This document shows, in pieces, positions 27,421-32,000 of a stretch of DNA of 32,000 nucleotides. This DNA is from Vibrio vulnificus CMCP6 (lineage in GTDB: Bacteria > Pseudomonadota > Gammaproteobacteria > Enterobacterales > Vibrionaceae), in NCBI RefSeq assembly GCF_000039765.1, contig NC_004459.3, forward strand, positions 1,890,001 through 1,922,000. Direction: 5' to 3'. The notes under the pieces were generated by a model. That model was not told the DNA's origin. It saw only the letters and a program-made list of their open reading frames with translations, and made no database searches. The translations under genes were made by a program, and so were the position numbers. Within the stretch, counting starts at the first letter, position 1. Each line of letters begins with the position of its first letter.

Positions 27421-27849
27421 ATGGAAATACCATCCTACACATCGAACATCCAGCCTTACGGCTTGCAAAGTGGCACAAAAGTTGCTTATGAAAAAAGCGG
27501 TGGCGTGCCTAGTGTATCGGTCGAAAAAGGCAACCCTTCATCGGAAACGGTGAAAAAGAACGACGTGAATCTAACGGTTGAAGCGGCAGTAAAAATGGCG
27601 CAAGCTCGTCAGGAGCTCAACAGAGAAGAGAAACTGAGAATGGTGGAAAAGATGAATGAATTTATCTCTTCCATCAATAAAGGGTTATCTTTTAGAGTAG
27701 ACGAAGAGTCTGGGAGAGACGTAGTGACGATTTATGAAGCCAAAACAGGCGACATCATACGTCAAATCCCAGATGAAGATATGCTGGACGTATTTAGACG
27801 CTTAGCCGCGCAAGCTACCAGCTCTGGTTTGCTGGTAGACAAAGTGTAA
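27421..27849 (+). CDS. flaG: Flagellar protein FlaG
   Basis: 142 aa. The C-terminal LSFRVDEESGRDVVTIYEAKTGDIIRQIPDEDMLDV is the FlaG family signature. GGAAGGGAG RBS. Confidence 0.88.
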   Translation: MEIPSYTSNIQPYGLQSGTKVAYEKSGGVPSVSVEKGNPSSETVKKNDVNLTVEAAVKMAQARQELNREEKLRMVEKMNEFISSINKGLSFRVDEESGRDVVTIYEAKTGDIIRQIPDEDMLDVFRRLAAQATSSGLLVDKV

Positions 27850-27869
27850 GTCGTTATTGAGGTGATTTG

Positions 27870-29972
27870 ATGAGTTTAGGCCCTTTGGGGATGTCTGGTG
27901 GCATGGATATCAACTCCATGGTCAGCAAAGTTGTCGATGCGGAGCGCGTACCAAAGCAGCAACGCATAGACAATGAGCGGGCTAGGATTGATAGCAGCAT
28001 CAGCGCCTATGGTCGGCTCAGAGAATCGCTGGATACGATGAAAAATCTGATGGCGAACTTTCGTCAGGAGAAGGCTTTCGCGGTGCGAAAAGTCGATACG
28101 ACTGACGATAGTGTCGTCTCAGCCACTGCAACTACCGATGCCATTGCAGGTAAGTATGCCATCGATGTGTTGCAGCTTGCACAGAGCCATAAGGTTGCTT
28201 CGGATGTATTAGCCGAAGATGACAAGTTTGGCCCGGGCAAGCTGCAGATTTCGCTTGGCGACAAATCGTTCGATGTCAACGTCAGCGCAGATTCAAAACT
28301 GGTTGACGTCGTGAGAGGCATAAACGGGGCAAGCAAAAACCTCGGAGTACGTGCCTCCATCATCAATGATGTCGAAGGCCCCCGCCTTATCGTCGCCTCG
28401 ACGGTTTCAGGCAAAGAAAATCAAATCCGAATTCATGTGGATGCCGAACGAGGCAATCCGCTCAAAAAACTCGAATACAAAACCCTCGAAGACCGCGTTA
28501 AAGCACTCGAACAAGCCCGTCTTGCTGCCGAAGAAGTGATCAGCGAAAGCAAACCGGAAGAAGCTGCCGCCACTGACGGTGACATGGTGTCAGAAGAAGC
28601 AGAGCCGCAGGTCGACGAACAGGGCAATCCAATTGAAGCGGCACCTCAAAGTGAGGGTGACGAGCCTCAATTAACCAGTGATACCAAGCTATCCGATGAA
28701 AGTGAACAATCCCCACTTTCCGAGGACGAGCCTATTTCTAGTTTTGGTGCGTCGGCTGCTCAAGCTGGCCAGCAAGCGATTGATGAAGCGCGTCAAACCG
28801 CAGGTTTAATGCCGCAAGACAGCATTGGCGGATGGACGGAAACCGCGTCCGGTACTTTGCTGGATTCTTATCACCGCCCTGAGCTTGAACTTGATGAAGC
28901 GGCCATTGAAAAAGCACCAGACGTACCTGGATGGACGAATACAGCATCCGGCACCTTGACTGACTCCTATGAAACCGTCAAAGAAGCGCAAGCCAAATTT
29001 GAAGCTGAGCAAGCGCGAATTGAGCAAGAACTCGCGCAAGAAAAGGCCAAGATAGAAGAAGAACTGGCACAAGAAAAAGCGGCGTTGGATGAAAAAGTGG
29101 CTAAAGGTGAGTTGACCGAAGAGCAAGCGAAGCAAATTCAGCGCGCGAAGTTGGAGCCGCAAGAGCGTGAACGCTTAGAGCGCATTGATCAAGCGAATGA
29201 GCAACTGAAACAAGCTCAGGAATCGTTTGATACCTACAGCGGTATGACGGAAGTTCAGCAAGGGCAAGATGCGATGGTGGTGTTGGATGGTGTTGCTCAG
29301 CTATCGAGTAACAATAACATTATCGAAGACGCCATTGAAGGGGTTGATCTCGCTCTCAAAGGAGTGACACCTAAAAACAAAGCCCCAGCAGAAATCGGTG
29401 TGGAGTATGATAGACAGAGTGTCCGTGATGACATCGAAACGTTTGTAGCGGCCTATAATCAGTTTTATCAGACGTCGAAAGCGTTGTCGGGTGTCGATCC
29501 TACGACCGGTCAAAAAGGGCCGCTAGCCGGGGACAGCACGGTAAGAAATGCCGACTCTCGTTTAAAGAGTGTTTTCTCGACTCGAATAGAGAAAGCGCCA
29601 GAAAACCTCAAGTCGCTAACAGAATTTGGTATCACCACCACTCGTCAAGGTACGTTGGAAATCAACTACGACATGCTTGATCGTCAGTTGAATAACAATT
29701 TCAATCGTTTGGAAGAGTTCTTTGGTGGAAACACAGGGTTCGCTAAACGTGTCGAAGATGCCATTCACGGTATCACCGGCGTGACCGGTTCTATTCGTAC
29801 TCGTGAGAAAAGTTTATCGGAGCAAAATTACCGGTTGGTTGATGAGCAAGCGGCATTGGATCGCCGCATGGGCAGTTTAGAACAGCGCACCCACTCGAAA
29901 TTTACTGCAATGCAAGACGCAACCAGTAAAATGCAGGGGCAATTAGGCGCATTGATGAACGCTCTGGGATAG
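27870..29972 (+). CDS. fliD: Flagellar filament capping protein FliD (HAP2; flaH in V. parahaemolyticus naming)
   Basis: About 700 aa. FliD N-terminal (MSLGPLGMSGGMDINSMVSKVVDAERVP) and C-terminal regions, with a long acidic/coiled-coil central insert. ATG at 27870 is preferred over TTG at 27867 (GAGGTGA RBS). Confidence 0.9.
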   Translation: MSLGPLGMSGGMDINSMVSKVVDAERVPKQQRIDNERARIDSSISAYGRLRESLDTMKNLMANFRQEKAFAVRKVDTTDDSVVSATATTDAIAGKYAIDVLQLAQSHKVASDVLAEDDKFGPGKLQISLGDKSFDVNVSADSKLVDVVRGINGASKNLGVRASIINDVEGPRLIVASTVSGKENQIRIHVDAERGNPLKKLEYKTLEDRVKALEQARLAAEEVISESKPEEAAATDGDMVSEEAEPQVDEQGNPIEAAPQSEGDEPQLTSDTKLSDESEQSPLSEDEPISSFGASAAQAGQQAIDEARQTAGLMPQDSIGGWTETASGTLLDSYHRPELELDEAAIEKAPDVPGWTNTASGTLTDSYETVKEAQAKFEAEQARIEQELAQEKAKIEEELAQEKAALDEKVAKGELTEEQAKQIQRAKLEPQERERLERIDQANEQLKQAQESFDTYSGMTEVQQGQDAMVVLDGVAQLSSNNNIIEDAIEGVDLALKGVTPKNKAPAEIGVEYDRQSVRDDIETFVAAYNQFYQTSKALSGVDPTTGQKGPLAGDSTVRNADSRLKSVFSTRIEKAPENLKSLTEFGITTTRQGTLEINYDMLDRQLNNNFNRLEEFFGGNTGFAKRVEDAIHGITGVTGSIRTREKSLSEQNYRLVDEQAALDRRMGSLEQRTHSKFTAMQDATSKMQGQLGALMNALG
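28827..28970 (+). repeat. Intragenic repeat in fliD: two copies of a 15-codon motif, 99 nt apart
   Basis: GGWTETASGTLLDSY (28827-28871) and PGWTNTASGTLTDSY (28926-28970). Confidence 0.85.
29028..29081 (+). repeat. Intragenic repeat in fliD: ELAQEKA heptapeptide twice with an 11-aa period
   Basis: gaactcgcgcaagaaaaggcc (29028-29048) and gaactggcacaagaaaaagcg (29061-29081), inside a Glu/Lys/Ala/Gln-rich coiled-coil-like stretch. Confidence 0.8.
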
Positions 29973-29978
29973 TAACGC

Positions 29979-30281
29979 ATGACTCAACTTTCTGAATTGC
30001 GTGATCTCGATCAGCTAATTTCTCAGGAATTAGAAAAAAACGAAATAAATGCTGAAGAATTGGTGCGTTTGGTCGATAACAGGGAACAGTTATTGCAAAA
30101 CCTTCTGCAACTGCTGGTGGATAACCCACAGTTAAAGCATGAGGAAGAGTGGCAATTGATGCTCACTCGGACAAAAGCATTATTTGAACGAATGCAATCT
30201 CAGACCAGTTTAGTTGGCCTTCAACTACAAAAATTGAGGCATGGTCAGCGTTCGCTCCAACAATATAAGAAGTTTACGTAA
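29979..30281 (+). CDS. flaI: Small flagellar locus protein FlaI (Vibrio naming; helical, function poorly defined)
   Basis: 100 aa, Leu/Gln/Glu-rich and helical. It sits between fliD and fliS as in Vibrio polar flagellar loci. The ATG is 6 nt after the fliD stop. Confidence 0.7.
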   Translation: MTQLSELRDLDQLISQELEKNEINAEELVRLVDNREQLLQNLLQLLVDNPQLKHEEEWQLMLTRTKALFERMQSQTSLVGLQLQKLRHGQRSLQQYKKFT

Positions 30282-30293
30282 AAGAGGAATACT

Positions 30294-30704
30294 ATGCGCG
30301 GTTCATTACAGGCTTATAAAAAAGTGTCAGTGGATAGCCAACTCAGTGCTGCGTCGCCGCATAAAGTCATTCAAATGCTGATGGCAGGGGCGATCGAGCG
30401 TCTGATTCAAGGCAAAGCAGCGATGCAAGCGGGTAACATTCCAGTGAAAGGTGAGCGTCTTGGCAAAGCGTTGGACATCATCATTGCACTGCGTAGCTGT
30501 CTCTCAATGGATGACGGTGGTGATATTGCACGTAACCTCGATCAGCTTTACGAATTCATGATCACGCAGATCTCAGGGGCAAATCACAAAAATGACCCAC
30601 AAATGATCGACGATGTGATCGACATCATCCGTGAGATCAAATCGGCTTGGGACCAAATTCCAAACGAGTACCACAATCTCACGGCTGCGGATATTGGAAT
30701 GTAA
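30294..30704 (+). CDS. fliS: Flagellin-specific export chaperone FliS (flaJ)
   Basis: 136 aa. AYKKVSVDSQLSAASPHKVIQMLMAGAIERL is the typical FliS N-terminal signature. Confidence 0.92.
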   Translation: MRGSLQAYKKVSVDSQLSAASPHKVIQMLMAGAIERLIQGKAAMQAGNIPVKGERLGKALDIIIALRSCLSMDDGGDIARNLDQLYEFMITQISGANHKNDPQMIDDVIDIIREIKSAWDQIPNEYHNLTAADIGM

Positions 30705-30781
30705 TTCGATATCCATTCTTTCTACCGAGCTCACACCTCCTAATTGCTTGGTTGCCTTATTTTTTTATTCAAATAAAATAG

Positions 30782-30811
30782 AAGCCATTAGTAGCCCTGA
30801 TGGCTTTTTTT
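30782..30811 (+). terminator. Rho-independent terminator after fliS
   Basis: aagccat (30782-30788) / atggctt (30799-30805), followed by T7. Confidence 0.75.
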
Positions 30812-30935
30812 GTTGCTGATTTTCCTGTTTTGTCTATCGTTAATTGAGTGATCTTTAAACAAATTGATCATTTTGATTTCGCATATCAAGGTTTGGCCGC
30901 AACACATCATAAAACAAAGGCAATAATCGGTACTT

Positions 30936-32000
30936 ATGCAAGGTTTGGCAAAGCTGCTTGTAATAGAAGACGATGAAGCGAATCGTCTTAACTTACGCAA
31001 TATACTGGAATTCGTTGGAGAGAGTTGCGAAGCCCTACGTTCTGATCAGATAGAAAATGCAGATTGGTCAAAGATCTGGTCAGGGGTTATCGTTGGTTTC
31101 GTCGACAATAAGTCCATCACAACTGTGATGGCAAAACTGAACTCCGCCCACCATATCCCTTTACTCGTGTTGGGGGATTTTTCTCATCCTGTAGAACACC
31201 TGCCTAACCTGATTGGTGAGTTGGAATTCCCACTTAACTATCCTCAGCTCAGCGAAGCACTAAGACACTGTAAAGAGTTTTTGGGTCGTAAAGGCGTCAA
31301 TGTTGTTGCCTCGGCACGTAAGAATACCCTCTTCCGCAGTCTTGTCGGTCAAAGCTTAGGTATTCAAGAAGTTCGTCATCTAATCGAACAAGTGGCAGCG
31401 ACCGAAGCGAATGTTTTGATCTTGGGTGAATCGGGGACGGGTAAAGAAGTGGTCGCGCGTAATATCCACTATCATTCCTCACGTCGCAATGGTCCTTTTG
31501 TGCCAATCAATTGCGGCGCGATTCCACCAGATTTACTTGAAAGTGAACTGTTTGGTCACGAAAAAGGGGCTTTTACTGGTGCGTTAACCACGCGCAAAGG
31601 GCGTTTTGAATTAGCTGAAGGTGGCACACTTTTCTTGGATGAAATTGGCGATATGCCAATGGCAATGCAGGTTAAGTTGCTTCGTGTGCTGCAAGAGCGT
31701 TGTTTTGAACGCGTAGGTGGCAACACCACCATTAAAGCCAATGTGCGCATTATTGCGGCAACACATCGCAATTTAGAAACCATGATCGACGATGAAAAGT
31801 TCCGCGAAGATCTTTTCTACCGTCTCAACGTGTTCCCCATTGAGATGCCTGCGCTTAAAGAGCGCAAAGAAGACATTCCTTTGTTACTGCAAGAGCTCAT
31901 GACACGTCTGCAAGCCGAAGGGGGATTACCAATTTGTTTTACCCCTCGTGCGATCAACTCCTTAATGGAGCATGATTGGCCAGGTAATGTGCGTGAATTG
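30936..32000 (+). CDS. flrA: Sigma54-dependent flagellar master regulator FlrA (FlaK), 5' partial (355 codons, continues past the window)
   Basis: Absent from the ORF track because no stop lies in the window. [18 protein letters not shown]..., then AAA+ motifs [23 protein letters not shown], and ...[10 protein letters not shown] at the last codon. ATG at 30936 is the first start after an in-frame TAA. Confidence 0.92.
   Translation, partial: MQGLAKLLVIEDDEANRLNLRNILEFVGESCEALRSDQIENADWSKIWSGVIVGFVDNKSITTVMAKLNSAHHIPLLVLGDFSHPVEHLPNLIGELEFPLNYPQLSEALRHCKEFLGRKGVNVVASARKNTLFRSLVGQSLGIQEVRHLIEQVAATEANVLILGESGTGKEVVARNIHYHSSRRNGPFVPINCGAIPPDLLESELFGHEKGAFTGALTTRKGRFELAEGGTLFLDEIGDMPMAMQVKLLRVLQERCFERVGGNTTIKANVRIIAATHRNLETMIDDEKFREDLFYRLNVFPIEMPALKERKEDIPLLLQELMTRLQAEGGLPICFTPRAINSLMEHDWPGNVREL

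Noticed and set aside
1-32000. Search for mobile elements, CRISPR arrays, tRNA/rRNA genes, and defence or toxin-antitoxin modules
   Set aside because: I saw no transposase, integrase or phage-like ORFs, no direct-repeat/spacer arrays, no tRNA-like or rRNA-like sequences, and no gene pairs of toxin-antitoxin type. Gene order follows conserved enterobacterial/Vibrio synteny throughout, so the window appears to be core genome.

Overview
This window looks like a conserved core chromosomal segment of a Vibrio-type gammaproteobacterium; the protein sequences and the polar-flagellum gene order are Vibrionaceae-like. About 35 protein-coding genes fill it densely. The left two-thirds (1-23.3 kb) is housekeeping, with many gene pairs in the order I recall from E. 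coli: fadE / gmhA-yafJ, purM-purN / upp, a uracil permease, a DUF2066 gene, a bepA-yfgD-wrbA-like-DUF2069 operon, tusA-like-perM, gcvR-bcp / dapA-bamC, a yffB-dapE-M15 peptidase-ypfN-like operon, several small uncharacterised genes, and yfeZ-like-yfeX. The right third (23.3-32 kb) is a polar flagellar locus. It holds three tandem flagellin paralogs, each with a sigma28-type promoter, then flaG-fliD-flaI-fliS and the 5' 355 codons of the sigma54 activator flrA (flaK), which runs off the right edge. Readable regulatory sites include a FadR box upstream of fadE, a near-consensus PurR box upstream of purM, and many hairpin/T-run terminators. I found no rRNA, tRNA, CRISPR array, transposase, integrase, phage gene or recognisable defence or toxin module. 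I do not see a convincing undescribed system here. The best leads are regulatory or architectural: a near-perfect sigma54 -24/-12 element just after the first flagellin gene and upstream of the second flagellin's sigma28 promoter; a long acidic, coiled-coil, repeat-bearing insert in FliD; a translationally coupled dapE-M15 peptidase-small membrane protein unit; and a PurR-like box between the uracil permease and the DUF2066 gene. All functional calls come from reading the translated ORFs against remembered family features. No searches were run.
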